Counted from the stretch's first letter, positions 1 to 9,467 are shown. The stretch: 64,000 bases of DNA from Nostoc sp. (GCA_036918135.1 JBALDB010000055.1:1-64000); one strand, 5' to 3'. Notes: generated from the sequence alone by a model not told the origin. Program-made: numbers and translations.

Positions 1-118
1 TTGGCCGTCTGCGAGTTGCAGCACCTTCTTCTCTTGTTGCTGGTGCTTTATATGCTTCACGTGCTTTGGCGTATTTTAATTGTTCTTCTAGCTCTCTTGC
101 ACTTTTACGTCTACTCAT
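1..118 (-). CDS. Hypothetical basic protein, N-terminus only (MSRRKSARELEEQLKYAKAREAYK...)
   Basis: Own translation: ATG at 118, open frame running off the left edge, co-oriented with 247-4238. Confidence 0.6.
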   Translation of the reverse strand, partial: MSRRKSARELEEQLKYAKAREAYKAPATREEGAATRRRP

Positions 119-246
119 ATCAGTATTTCATCAAGTTGTGTATTTATCTACACTTCCGTCATAGCAGGTGTTTTGGGTCATTATTTCCAGCCGGATAACA
201 TATATGTTGTCCGCTAAATTTTTGTGATGGTTGTGCATGATTCTGT

Positions 247-1068
247 TTAAACTCGTTCGATGACACTTCTAAGACGAGAGCCAGACGTTGCGACCAAGTT
301 AACGGGGTTTTGCTTACCCCAGACTAGTAGTTGAGCAAAACGGAAGTTTACCGGTGCCGTTCTTCTACGAACAAATTTTTTAACTGTACGCCCGTAAACA
401 CGATGAGTTCCAGGACTTGTAGAATAAGTTCGGTCATTATCGATAAATTGAAGAAAGTCACGCTCGAATGGGTGTTCTTGGATTTCTAGTACTGCACGAA
501 TTATTCTTTCGCCTTCAGCTTTGTTAGGGACTAATAACTTTAATTCATAACCGCGTTCTTTGTCTGTGTAAGAACATTTGAAGTGCCCTTTGTGCCAAGT
601 AAAAACAGGTGTAGCAAATATATTTTTAATTTGCCTAGTAAGTCTTTCTGCATCACTTCTACTAATAGTTTCACTCTTTTCATGCATGAGTCTAAAAGTG
701 ATTTCACCTTCTAGCTGAGGAGTTGATTCACTGCCGTGAATTTCAAAGTTGTATGGTTCTAAAAAATAAAGTTTTACTTGAGGTTTGAAAGTCCGCTCTG
801 ATTGAACATCAAACCAGGGTATTCCATATACAGGACGCTGGACACTTTGCAATCTTCCTGCCGTTACTTCAAATAACCACATTCTCATCAATGTCATTGT
901 TGAAGTATCTTCATCCTTCATTGTGCAAGCTACTCGCAATGATGATTTAGGCGTTTCTAAACTATCAGCAGGTGTACTTTTAAAATATTGATTTACAGCT
1001 TTGTTATGCCAAAGTCTTAGAGTATCTTGCAGATGTTCCCATTCACTAAAGTTGTCTGGTAATGACAT
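247..1068 (-). CDS. Hypothetical protein, possible virion/structural protein
   Basis: 273 aa ORF tightly coupled to 1080-3926; no recognised motif. Confidence 0.7.
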   Translation of the reverse strand: MSLPDNFSEWEHLQDTLRLWHNKAVNQYFKSTPADSLETPKSSLRVACTMKDEDTSTMTLMRMWLFEVTAGRLQSVQRPVYGIPWFDVQSERTFKPQVKLYFLEPYNFEIHGSESTPQLEGEITFRLMHEKSETISRSDAERLTRQIKNIFATPVFTWHKGHFKCSYTDKERGYELKLLVPNKAEGERIIRAVLEIQEHPFERDFLQFIDNDRTYSTSPGTHRVYGRTVKKFVRRRTAPVNFRFAQLLVWGKQNPVNLVATSGSRLRSVIERV

Positions 1069-1079
1069 TATTGGGTGTC

Positions 1080-3926
1080 CTAATCAGCTTCAAAATCACT
1101 ATCATTAAGTTGTAATCCAGTAGCACTTACTAATTTGGAAGCATCAAACCCAGATTTAACTTTAGTTGCTTCTGGAGGAATAGCGCCTTGTTTTGATTCA
1201 TTTTCTTCGCTCAATGATTTATTCAATTCATTTTTTAATTCTCCAATTTGAGCAACATTTTGCTCGACAGAAACGACCTCTGACGCTACTTGGTCAACTT
1301 GAGAGACAACGTTGGTAGCTCCTTCAATTGCAGTGAAGAATTTATTATGAAAGTTTGGTGTAGGATTGAACCAACGATATGCACTCTCGCCAACTTCGCC
1401 CCATTTTCGCAAGGCATTACCAATTAATGCTAGATAACTGCCAACAACTTCTAAAGCACTAAGAATTGAATATCCAATAGACTGTAAAGCATTAAATATA
1501 TTAGCTGTCGCTTGATAGATTCGATTAGCTTTTTTGTAATTTGCTACTAATTCTGTATAATTTTCTTCCCCAAATATGGTTTTGAAAAAGTCAGCAGTCC
1601 ATTCACTAACGATACTACCAAAACCTGATTCCTCACCTTTTTCATTCTTCCATTTAAACCCTACTGCTTGAGAGATGTTATCAATAGCTGCAAATAAAGT
1701 TTGAGCTAAATTATTGGAAAGCATTAAGGCATTATGAAAAGTAGTAATTAGAATTAAAATATTGAGAATTCTATCTACTTGTAATGTTTGCCACAAACGT
1801 CCAAACGTGCCCGATAGTCCCCCTGGTAGTTGCGCTCCTAGTCGTTCTAAAATTGTGGCTTGCCCTGCCAACAGTTGAGCATTAGCTCCTAAATTTCCTG
1901 CGTTCAATGCTGCGTTTATGGCGTCTAATTTATTGCTATTTTGAGCGTTTTGTTGCTGTGTTTGGTCGTGTCTGGCACCGAGACAGCCGCCCGGTTGAGC
2001 AATTTCACATACTGCTCCTTGTACGTCATCTCTATTAGCAGCGCGAATATTTGGATTGTTGGCGATGGTGTTTGGCAACTGTGTTAAAACTGTGCCAATA
2101 CCAACAATCAGCAATGCAAGCTCGTTAAGCTTTGCAAGCTGCTTGTCGAATTCCTTTCGGACATCCTCAGTTGTCGCTTGCTGTTCTGGTGCGGTTTTGG
2201 GTGATGGCGCGCTGTCTTTTTTGGGAGTTGGTGAAACGGAATCGGGTGTTGGGTTTGCTTTTTGGGTATCGGGTGATGGAGAGGGTGATTTATCCGGGGA
2301 GCCAGTATCAATTTTGGGTATCGGCGTCCCGTCTAAGGTGAAATATCCGCCTTTGCCATCATGGTAGTTGCCAAGTGCGTCTGTCCCTTCGGCAGGTACG
2401 GGCATTACTACCCCATCGGTTGCAGGTGTAATCGTTGCAGGTGTAATGGTTGCAAGTGTTGATGTCAAACCAAATCGGCGAGGTATGGGCTGGTCTTCTG
2501 GTTCGGCAAATGGTGGTGGTGTCGGTGCAGGTGATATTAGTGGCAGCATTCCCCCTAAATTGCTTGGTGTGGTATCGGGGTTAGGGTTGATACCCGGTGC
2601 TAAGTAACCTCCTGGTATCCAATCTCCGCCATCTCCTCTAGGACTGCCACCGCTGAGTTTGCTTGGGGCTACTTCGTTGATTTTTCCCTTTGTACCATTA
2701 CTGAGAGTACCACTTGGTATCGTGGCATCCCTGTTTAAGGGTGGGTCGTAATAGTAACTTGGCCTACCATCCGGCGGTGGTGTTGGTTGCTGTTTATCTG
2801 GAGCTACATCCGGCTGTCCGTCTAACCGGAATATGTTAATTGAATTTATACCTAGTATCTCTCCAGATGCATCGCCATAAATATCCTTCCAAACAGCCTC
2901 GTGCTGCCAGGAGCCGTTGATTTCGTTTGTCAATCCTACACCAGGTGAATCTTGGTGTACTAAGGCTTTTACTGTGAAGGCATCAAATTGTATGTCTTCT
3001 ATCGCTCCGATTGCTTTTACGGCAACATCGTAATTAGGAGTCCCTTTAGTTTTGATACCGACAATAATTTGGTAACCGATAGCCTGGGCCTGACCACCCT
3101 GGTATGGCGGATAATTAATATAGGGTTGTTCTTGGAAGATGGATGTGGTTGGCAATTGCTGTCGAAAAAACATGTCGGCGATACGTCCGCCAATCATGCC
3201 GCCTACTGCACTGCCAACTAAACCGCCAATTGGGCCGCCAAAAAAGCTGCCTACTGCTAATCCGACGCCACTACCGATTAAGGAACCCGCTGTGCCAACT
3301 ATTGCTTGTTCCACGGGTTGTCCTGAAAGGAGTCTGCTAGCTAGGTCTACACCTGCTATTACGCCAGGAGCGACCAACCTACCCGCTGCTGTTGGCAGGG
3401 ATCTAGGCAATGCTTTTTGTAGTACCCCAGCTGTTACTGGCAGTGCTTCCTTGAGTAGGGCGGGCGCTGGGGTTTGTGTTGGTTCTACAAGTGCGCTTGC
3501 TCTGGCAGCAGTTCCCTTTGGGGTTGGCGGCAGTGAGGCTGGAGACGGTTTAGGAATCTCTGGCGATGATGTTGGCTGCTTTTCGTACTGTCGTTCGTAG
3601 TTTCTGTCACTTACTGTTAATGGCTCTGGTGGTCTAGATGGTATTTGCTGTAATCGCAGATTTCGCTCTTGCTCTCGCTGGGCTAGTGCTTGTTCTCTTG
3701 CTAGTTGTGCTTCCCGCTGTTGTTTGAATAACTCATCGGTTCTAGCAGTTTCTTCACGCAAGAATGCTTTTTCTAGCGGATCGAGGTTTTTCGATTTAGG
3801 TTTATTAGCAAAATCTTCAAGAGGTAGGTTTATTGGTACTGCTGACGATGGGCGGTCTAGTACAGCCCCATACAAGTCAGCATTCGCGTAATCTAGCGAA
3901 TTAAATTGTCTGGGGTTCTCTGCCAT
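1080..3926 (-). CDS. Large Pro-rich protein with glycine-zipper and coiled-coil segments, possible entry/adsorption protein
   Basis: 948 aa; GxxxG zipper GSLIGSGVGLAVGSFFGGPIGGLVGSAVGGMIGG, Pro/Thr-rich linkers, hydrophobic C-terminal helices. Confidence 0.7.
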   Translation of the reverse strand: MAENPRQFNSLDYANADLYGAVLDRPSSAVPINLPLEDFANKPKSKNLDPLEKAFLREETARTDELFKQQREAQLAREQALAQREQERNLRLQQIPSRPPEPLTVSDRNYERQYEKQPTSSPEIPKPSPASLPPTPKGTAARASALVEPTQTPAPALLKEALPVTAGVLQKALPRSLPTAAGRLVAPGVIAGVDLASRLLSGQPVEQAIVGTAGSLIGSGVGLAVGSFFGGPIGGLVGSAVGGMIGGRIADMFFRQQLPTTSIFQEQPYINYPPYQGGQAQAIGYQIIVGIKTKGTPNYDVAVKAIGAIEDIQFDAFTVKALVHQDSPGVGLTNEINGSWQHEAVWKDIYGDASGEILGINSINIFRLDGQPDVAPDKQQPTPPPDGRPSYYYDPPLNRDATIPSGTLSNGTKGKINEVAPSKLSGGSPRGDGGDWIPGGYLAPGINPNPDTTPSNLGGMLPLISPAPTPPPFAEPEDQPIPRRFGLTSTLATITPATITPATDGVVMPVPAEGTDALGNYHDGKGGYFTLDGTPIPKIDTGSPDKSPSPSPDTQKANPTPDSVSPTPKKDSAPSPKTAPEQQATTEDVRKEFDKQLAKLNELALLIVGIGTVLTQLPNTIANNPNIRAANRDDVQGAVCEIAQPGGCLGARHDQTQQQNAQNSNKLDAINAALNAGNLGANAQLLAGQATILERLGAQLPGGLSGTFGRLWQTLQVDRILNILILITTFHNALMLSNNLAQTLFAAIDNISQAVGFKWKNEKGEESGFGSIVSEWTADFFKTIFGEENYTELVANYKKANRIYQATANIFNALQSIGYSILSALEVVGSYLALIGNALRKWGEVGESAYRWFNPTPNFHNKFFTAIEGATNVVSQVDQVASEVVSVEQNVAQIGELKNELNKSLSEENESKQGAIPPEATKVKSGFDASKLVSATGLQLNDSDFEAD

Positions 3927-3932
3927 AGCAAC

Positions 3933-4238
3933 TTAATTGGATGTGAAGGCTGAGGGGATGGCTGTATTGGACAATTCGCTTGCATACGTCCACAACTTGC
4001 CGCCTCCTGAGAGATACGTATCAGAAATTTGCAGGGAGACTCGATAAATTCCACGATACTTTGCGTCTGCGGCTACCCAGTAAATACCTTGTTGCGCGGC
4101 ACGCTCTGTATACCCTACCCCTTCGATAACCGTCAAGGTTGGATTGCAGGCATTCAACGCCATCGCCGACCACGCATGTAGTTTTTCTAAGGTATTAATC
4201 TGAGATGGGATTTGTGTAGCGAGAGTGATTGCGGTCAT
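3933..4238 (-). CDS. Small hypothetical protein, first gene of leftward operon
   Basis: 101 aa ORF ending 6 nt before the next gene. Confidence 0.7.
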   Translation of the reverse strand: MTAITLATQIPSQINTLEKLHAWSAMALNACNPTLTVIEGVGYTERAAQQGIYWVAADAKYRGIYRVSLQISDTYLSGGGKLWTYASELSNTAIPSAFTSN

Positions 4239-4394
4239 AACTGCATTTTTAAATAGTTACTCTCCTGTTTTATTCAAGTTTCAAAAATTCGTAAATCTTC
4301 TTCTTTTATGTAAAACAAGAACAATTGCTGAGGACTTTGAAAGCTTGTGGTAATTACGATAGAGGTCAATTCAGTTAACAGCTGAAAGATGAAA

Positions 4395-4433
4395 TGTTCC
4401 AGTTTTACCCTTACCAATGGTTAAACCGGAACA
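4395..4433. promoter_or_regulatory. Imperfect palindrome, candidate tyrosine-recombinase site or operator
   Basis: TGTTCCAGTTTTACC-N9-GGTTAAACCGGAACA (13/15 arm match) 25 bp upstream of the recombinase ATG. Confidence 0.6.
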
Positions 4434-4457
4434 GTTATCCAAGAGAAAATAGGTCGA

Positions 4458-5075
4458 ATGAAAAACGATAGAGAAGGTCAAGCGGCTATTCTCACAAATG
4501 AGGATTACTCGAAAATTCGCAACAGAATTAGAAGCCGCAAGTACAAGTTACTTCTTGACTTAGCATGGTACACAGGGGAACGCTGGGGGGCACTAGTGCA
4601 GCTGCGCGTTGCAGATGTGTACAACGAAGATGGTACTGTTCGCGAGTATATCAACTTCCGAGCGAGAACGCGCAAGGCTAAACCCAAGGCTTTGGATAAA
4701 ACCAAGAATACCCAAAAGCCCAAATCTAAAAGGGCAAATCGACAAGTGGCAGTGCATCCAGTTTTGAAAGAGCTATTGCTTTCATACAAGCCAGAGTCAG
4801 GTGTAGAGTGGCTATTTCCTTGCAGAACAGCCGAGAAACCTATCACCTTACGATGGGCTGACGGGATTTTACGGTCTGCTGTTAACAAGGCTGGATTGTC
4901 AGGTAAAGGCATCAGCACTCACAGCACCCGCCGCACTTTCATCACCAATCTGGCAAAGAATGGTATCAACTTGGCGATGATCAAAAAAATTACTGGACAT
5001 GCTGATTTAAAGGTACTTTCGGCATACATCGAGGTCAGTGAGGAGGATATGAAAAACGCGATCGCCACTCTCTAA
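4458..5075 (+). CDS. Tyrosine recombinase, catalytic domain only
   Basis: TGER box I; HSTRR, TGH and catalytic Y (SAY) in box II; 205 aa with no arm-binding domain. Confidence 0.9.
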   Translation: MKNDREGQAAILTNEDYSKIRNRIRSRKYKLLLDLAWYTGERWGALVQLRVADVYNEDGTVREYINFRARTRKAKPKALDKTKNTQKPKSKRANRQVAVHPVLKELLLSYKPESGVEWLFPCRTAEKPITLRWADGILRSAVNKAGLSGKGISTHSTRRTFITNLAKNGINLAMIKKITGHADLKVLSAYIEVSEEDMKNAIATL

Positions 5076-5230
5076 CTTCTCAAAACCTGATTAAAGCAGT
5101 AACCTGGAATTTCTTAAAGATTACTCTTTTGCCTTTTGCGATCGCTTTCAAGGTCAATCTAAGGCGGTCGCTTTTTTGTACCTTGCTGATAAGCTGTATT
5201 GAAGTGTCACACGTCAATAGAGAGTTTTTT

Positions 5231-5590
5231 ATGAGTAAAGGTGGACAAACTCAAGGGACTTGGGGAAGTGGCAGCAGTTGGCACAGTGGCCCCACAAAAA
5301 CGATTCGAGTACCAATTGCGCTAGAAGCCCAAATTATGGAATATGCCAGAGCAGTAGATAGCGGTATTGGCGTGTCACACGTCAACACGGGCGATTTACT
5401 TCTCAAAGTAATTGATAGCTACGTTGACTACAAACGCCTCAATTACCACCCTCACCAGAACTCGAAGCAACTCGACACCAGCACTCGCGCCTGGGATGAG
5501 CTGCGAAAATTTCAAAAGCTGCTGCAAGAGAATCCTGCGGCTTTGGGCATCGCTGACGAGACTTGCAACAAGTACTCCGGCGAGTTATAA
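5231..5590 (+). CDS. Hypothetical DNA-binding protein (TKTIRVP ribbon-helix-helix-like motif)
   Basis: Probable ATG at 5231 within ORF 5129-5590; WHSGPTKTIRVPIALEAQIMEYAR. Confidence 0.6.
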   Translation: MSKGGQTQGTWGSGSSWHSGPTKTIRVPIALEAQIMEYARAVDSGIGVSHVNTGDLLLKVIDSYVDYKRLNYHPHQNSKQLDTSTRAWDELRKFQKLLQENPAALGIADETCNKYSGEL

Positions 5591-5592
5591 TG

Positions 5593-6558
5593 TCAAGTTT
5601 TTTCCACATCTTCCTCTATTTGCCACTGACGGCACAAATCTACTACACGAGGAATATATTTTTTGGGAATTCGCACTGACTCGCTCACTGAGTTCCATTT
5701 TGGCTTTCGTCCCTGTCCGTTTCCCGCACCGGCTGTCTTGGGTACTCGTTTTTGTACAGAATCAGTCACAGCCGAATAAATCAATTTTTGGTATTGGTGA
5801 GCCATTGGTATTTCTGGCTCAGGTATTGGCTGAAATCTACGAGGGTAGCTCCAAGCCATAGAATCGCAGCTGTATAAAAGTTTCCGAACTTCATTATTCT
5901 CTAAAGCCAAGATTTTCAAGCCAAACCCATGCAACCGTAAGTCAGAGCGTAGCAACTTTATTGACCTGAGAATATTAGCCACCTCATCCGGCTTGCCGTT
6001 ACGGCGGCATACAGAACCGATGCCTACCCACGCTCCAGGCTTGAGCCGTGAGCCGTATTCTAGTAAACACTCAATGTATTCAGAACTTCTGTATCCTTGC
6101 AGTACAGGCATTATCGGCACTAATGGTTTAAGCGCCATCAGCTTGTCGTATCTGTCGATGGTCAATCTTTGATGGTCTTGTACAGTTAGCCCAGTACGGT
6201 CGAGTATCCACGGTTCGCACATCCAATCTTGGGACACGGCAATCAACAAATTGCCACAGCACTTCCATTTGTGGATTAGTTGAAAGTGTTCTTCAACACT
6301 GGTTCTGTGAGTACCATACTTGCTGACCTCCATGAATCCAGAGCAGTCAAAAACCCAATCGCCAACCTCAAAATAGCTAATTCTTTGTTTCAAGGTGTTG
6401 AGTTGAATGAAAGCTCCGGCTGCGGGATAATCGCAGCTGATGATTCGACTTGCCAGTGACGGGCTGCTGCCGATGAAAAACAGAGGTACACTGGGGGATG
6501 ATTTCGTACACAATCGCTCGGCGATCGCCTGCTGATTTTGTACGTTATCGTGTGTCAT
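5593..6558 (-). CDS. DpdA/TGT-like (queuine tRNA-ribosyltransferase fold) putative DNA base-exchange enzyme with C-terminal DNA-binding motif
   Basis: Motifs DCSGF, QDWMCEP, PVLQG, VGIGSVCRR, LHGFGLK, DSMAWS; start uncertain (ATG 6558, ORF open to 6648). Confidence 0.7.
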   Translation of the reverse strand: MTHDNVQNQQAIAERLCTKSSPSVPLFFIGSSPSLASRIISCDYPAAGAFIQLNTLKQRISYFEVGDWVFDCSGFMEVSKYGTHRTSVEEHFQLIHKWKCCGNLLIAVSQDWMCEPWILDRTGLTVQDHQRLTIDRYDKLMALKPLVPIMPVLQGYRSSEYIECLLEYGSRLKPGAWVGIGSVCRRNGKPDEVANILRSIKLLRSDLRLHGFGLKILALENNEVRKLLYSCDSMAWSYPRRFQPIPEPEIPMAHQYQKLIYSAVTDSVQKRVPKTAGAGNGQGRKPKWNSVSESVRIPKKYIPRVVDLCRQWQIEEDVEKT

Positions 6559-6568
6559 GGTTATAATG

Positions 6569-9004
6569 TCAGGCTTTTGCAAGTTGGTGAGGCCAGTAAG
6601 GTTTTCGTAGAGTTTTTTTGCGATCGCTGGATTTAAGCCAGATGCCATCGGCTCGAATGTCGGTAATGGTTGCGAAGGTTTGTTTAAGCTTGCCAGTCAA
6701 AATAACTACCATGTCGCCAACGTTGAAATCGTGCCTGGGGGATTGCTCACAGCATTGCAAGTCCCTAAACTCTAAACTAAATGTGCCCCGTCCCGGAATT
6801 TGACAGCTGGCTTGAGTCATCTCATCAAAAATCAGGAATACTTTGACTTCTCGCTTAAATGAAGCACTCCAGTAGATACCTTTCTCTTCAAGCAAGGGCA
6901 GGAGGGGTAATTTTAATTTTGTCGCCGAGGGGGTGGGGTGGTGATCGCTAGCGAGGATCACCCCAGGATCACCCCCCGGATCACCCTGGGTAAAACTGCC
7001 AGAATCGTTAACTGGTAGTGGTTTAACCTCTATTCCACTAAGCTGTATATTTTCGCACAGGATCGGGGGAGGATCGCCCCCTGGATCGCCGACAGAACTC
7101 CCATCTGGTAAAGCATTCGAGCGAAGGTGATCCTCGATGTTACTTGGCGCTATCAAAATTTCTGAGTCAGGTGTTTGATCGCTATTTTTGTCAGCTTGAG
7201 GATCACCTTTGCTTGCATTGCTTACTGTGTCTAAGTTTGGCAGGTGATCCGAGGGGTGATCCTTTGGCGATCCTGTGTTTTTTATACCAATCTCTAGATT
7301 CGACTGTAATTCATTACTATCAACACTTTCAGTATGTGAAGCAAGGTGATCCGAGGGGTGATCCTTTGGCGATCCTTCCTTAAAGGCTAAAAAATAGGTG
7401 TTAGCTTTCCCCGGTTGACGTTTGACGCTAATCATCCCATCAGCAGATAGCTCACCCAAGTAACGCCGTGCATAGGCTTTAGAGAGTCCTAGCCTGTAGG
7501 CTATCTCTTCACTAGTAAATTTGATATTTCTGTTGTCAGCCAAAAGTTGCAAAGTTGATTCCTTGGCAGACTGACCAAGACCGCCAAGCTCGTCCCCTTC
7601 TTCACCTAGGAAGGTAAAACTGAGGTCATCTGGGTTGAAGTACATACGGTATTTTTTATTAGAGGAGCGCGATCGCGATTTATCGATTTCTAGGATGCGG
7701 TCGTAAGGGGTAGCGGTTTCTTTGTTGTCCTTGGTCAGCGTCCAAACTTCTGAAACTGCATTTCTAATTGCGGTCGTGCCACGCACGCCACCTTCTTTGT
7801 TTGTGTGGTGAATGATGACAAAGGTGGTTTTGTACTGGGTAGCCAGCCCGGTCATCTCCAAAATAGGGCGAGCATATTCCATTTCTGACTCGCGGTAAAT
7901 TGAAAAGCGGTTGGCAGTCGATAACGAGTCAATAAAAACAAGCTCTGGCTGAAATTCCTTTAAATCCTGAATGAGTGTTGGCATATTCTCAGCACTCCAG
8001 CCAAAGCGTACGCGAACTGACTCGCCGATATCTTGCTCTGAATAACCGAGAGAATCCAAGGCTTGCAACATATCACCTGGGCTTTCGTCTCCTTGGTAGT
8101 AAAGAATCTTCCTTTTGCCTGTAGTTACAAATGGGCCAAATTGAGTGCCTTGAATCAAAATTTTACCAATGGCATAGGCAAATTTGGTTTTACCAACTCC
8201 ACCATCTGAGGCTAATAAAATTGTCGTGCTTTGAGGAATTAGACCATTTAATAACCACTCTCTAACTGTAGAACCTGCTAGTTCTTTCAACTCTTCATAG
8301 GTGAGTAATTTAGTACATTGGGCAATGAGAGTTTTTAAGTAGAAGTGTTCCAAGAATCCCATCGAAAGATGATGGTCATCTGCTAGTCGTTTGAGTTTTA
8401 AAAGTCTTAAGGATGGTTGAGAACAAGTTGTATAAATAGCTGTCAATTCATTAAGTAATCTGTCATGCAACCATTGCTCGTGTTCATCCTTAGTTGCCGC
8501 AACTGGAAGTTCGATAATTGACCGAGTTTTATCAGAAACTATTGAAAAAATCTCTGGGATATCTAACTCTGTTTGATATCCTAATGCACTAATTTCATCA
8601 GCAACACGGATTAACTGGCGTCGAACAGATGCATCAATGACTAATTCAGCTAGATTATCGATATTAACTGCGCTTACGGTTCTATGTAGTACAGTTGCTA
8701 GCTTGTTTCTACCGCCAATTCTAGACAGAATATTATGGTCAGACAACCAACTAGTAACACTCAGCAAATCAGTAGGTTTCTCTTTGTTGCAAAGCCTTAA
8801 GCAAGCTTGATAGATGTCTTTATGGGCACTAATATAAAAATGTTCTGGTTTCAATCTATCTTTAATTCGATAAATTGCTTCTGGGTCTAATAATATACCA
8901 CCTATTATCTCTTCCTCTGCTTCTATATTGCATGGTGGTAATCTGTCTGAATTGGATTGGAAGTTGAGTGAGTCTTGGGGGAATTTATAAATACCTTGTG
9001 TCAT
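6569..9004 (-). CDS. Replication protein: DnaB N-terminal domain, RecA/RepA-like (AAA_25-type) ATPase, winged HTH
   Basis: LPPCNIEAEEEIIGGILLDP (DnaB-N), Walker A DGGVGKT, Walker B FIDS, IIHH motif, wHTH FTSEEIAYRLGLSKAYARRYL. Confidence 0.85.
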   Translation of the reverse strand: MTQGIYKFPQDSLNFQSNSDRLPPCNIEAEEEIIGGILLDPEAIYRIKDRLKPEHFYISAHKDIYQACLRLCNKEKPTDLLSVTSWLSDHNILSRIGGRNKLATVLHRTVSAVNIDNLAELVIDASVRRQLIRVADEISALGYQTELDIPEIFSIVSDKTRSIIELPVAATKDEHEQWLHDRLLNELTAIYTTCSQPSLRLLKLKRLADDHHLSMGFLEHFYLKTLIAQCTKLLTYEELKELAGSTVREWLLNGLIPQSTTILLASDGGVGKTKFAYAIGKILIQGTQFGPFVTTGKRKILYYQGDESPGDMLQALDSLGYSEQDIGESVRVRFGWSAENMPTLIQDLKEFQPELVFIDSLSTANRFSIYRESEMEYARPILEMTGLATQYKTTFVIIHHTNKEGGVRGTTAIRNAVSEVWTLTKDNKETATPYDRILEIDKSRSRSSNKKYRMYFNPDDLSFTFLGEEGDELGGLGQSAKESTLQLLADNRNIKFTSEEIAYRLGLSKAYARRYLGELSADGMISVKRQPGKANTYFLAFKEGSPKDHPSDHLASHTESVDSNELQSNLEIGIKNTGSPKDHPSDHLPNLDTVSNASKGDPQADKNSDQTPDSEILIAPSNIEDHLRSNALPDGSSVGDPGGDPPPILCENIQLSGIEVKPLPVNDSGSFTQGDPGGDPGVILASDHHPTPSATKLKLPLLPLLEEKGIYWSASFKREVKVFLIFDEMTQASCQIPGRGTFSLEFRDLQCCEQSPRHDFNVGDMVVILTGKLKQTFATITDIRADGIWLKSSDRKKTLRKPYWPHQLAKA
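6955..7375. repeat. Iteron-like GGATCRCC repeats (13 copies, both orientations) inside the replicase gene
   Basis: Forward copies at 6955, 6966, 6978, 7071, 7083, 7200; reverse copies at 7126, 7243, 7255, 7266, 7345, 7357, 7368. Confidence 0.8.
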
Positions 9005-9139
9005 TTTTGTATCCCCCGAATGCCTGTTATTGTGTTAGAATTAAGGCTAGTGAAGGCACTAGATTCTATCTGAATATCTAGAAAATTCTTTCTTTTTTTG
9101 ATAGTATTCATGTTGATTATTTTTTGCTTTTTACAAATT

Positions 9140-9176
9140 AATCACTCACTTGATGTTTAAGTGAGTGATTTTTTTT
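9140..9176. terminator. Stem-loop terminator
   Basis: AATCACTCACTT-N7-AAGTGAGTGATT followed by a T-run. Confidence 0.7.
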
Positions 9177-9179
9177 AGC

Positions 9180-9422
9180 CTAGCTGCGATCGCCTTTGCG
9201 TTGTTTAATAACTTCACACTGTGTTTTGAGTTCAGCAAGCATTTGGGGATTATTTTGGAAGGCAGATGGTAGCTGGTTAACAATCACTCCTGCCACCACT
9301 GTTGCTTGATAAAAGTCGAGTTCTGGGTCAACGCTTCTCACGTAGTCAACAAAGTCCGCCAATTGCTTGCCACAAAAGTCAGAAGCACCTTGTACTTTGG
9401 CAATGAATTTATCTGTAGTCAT
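9180..9422 (-). CDS. Hypothetical protein
   Basis: 80 aa ORF in leftward element operon. Confidence 0.65.
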   Translation of the reverse strand: MTTDKFIAKVQGASDFCGKQLADFVDYVRSVDPELDFYQATVVAGVIVNQLPSAFQNNPQMLAELKTQCEVIKQRKGDRS

Positions 9423-9467
9423 TGGTCATTAGTTATTAGTCATTAATAAATTGGTCAGTTGCGAGCG

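Noticed and set aside
1..198. Plus-strand 65-aa ORF and the many short antisense ORFs inside long genes
   Set aside because: Shadow frames of better-supported genes on the opposite strand; no motifs.
4458..5075. Tyrosine recombinase as the element's integrase
   Set aside because: Internal position, no arm-binding domain and no adjacent att or tRNA seen. Not excluded, but less well supported than the IS110 junction match.
6955..6986. GGATCACCC as the predicted left junction (GAATCACCC)
   Set aside because: Core mismatch, no CAGTA on the left side, and it is part of the iteron array inside an intact gene.
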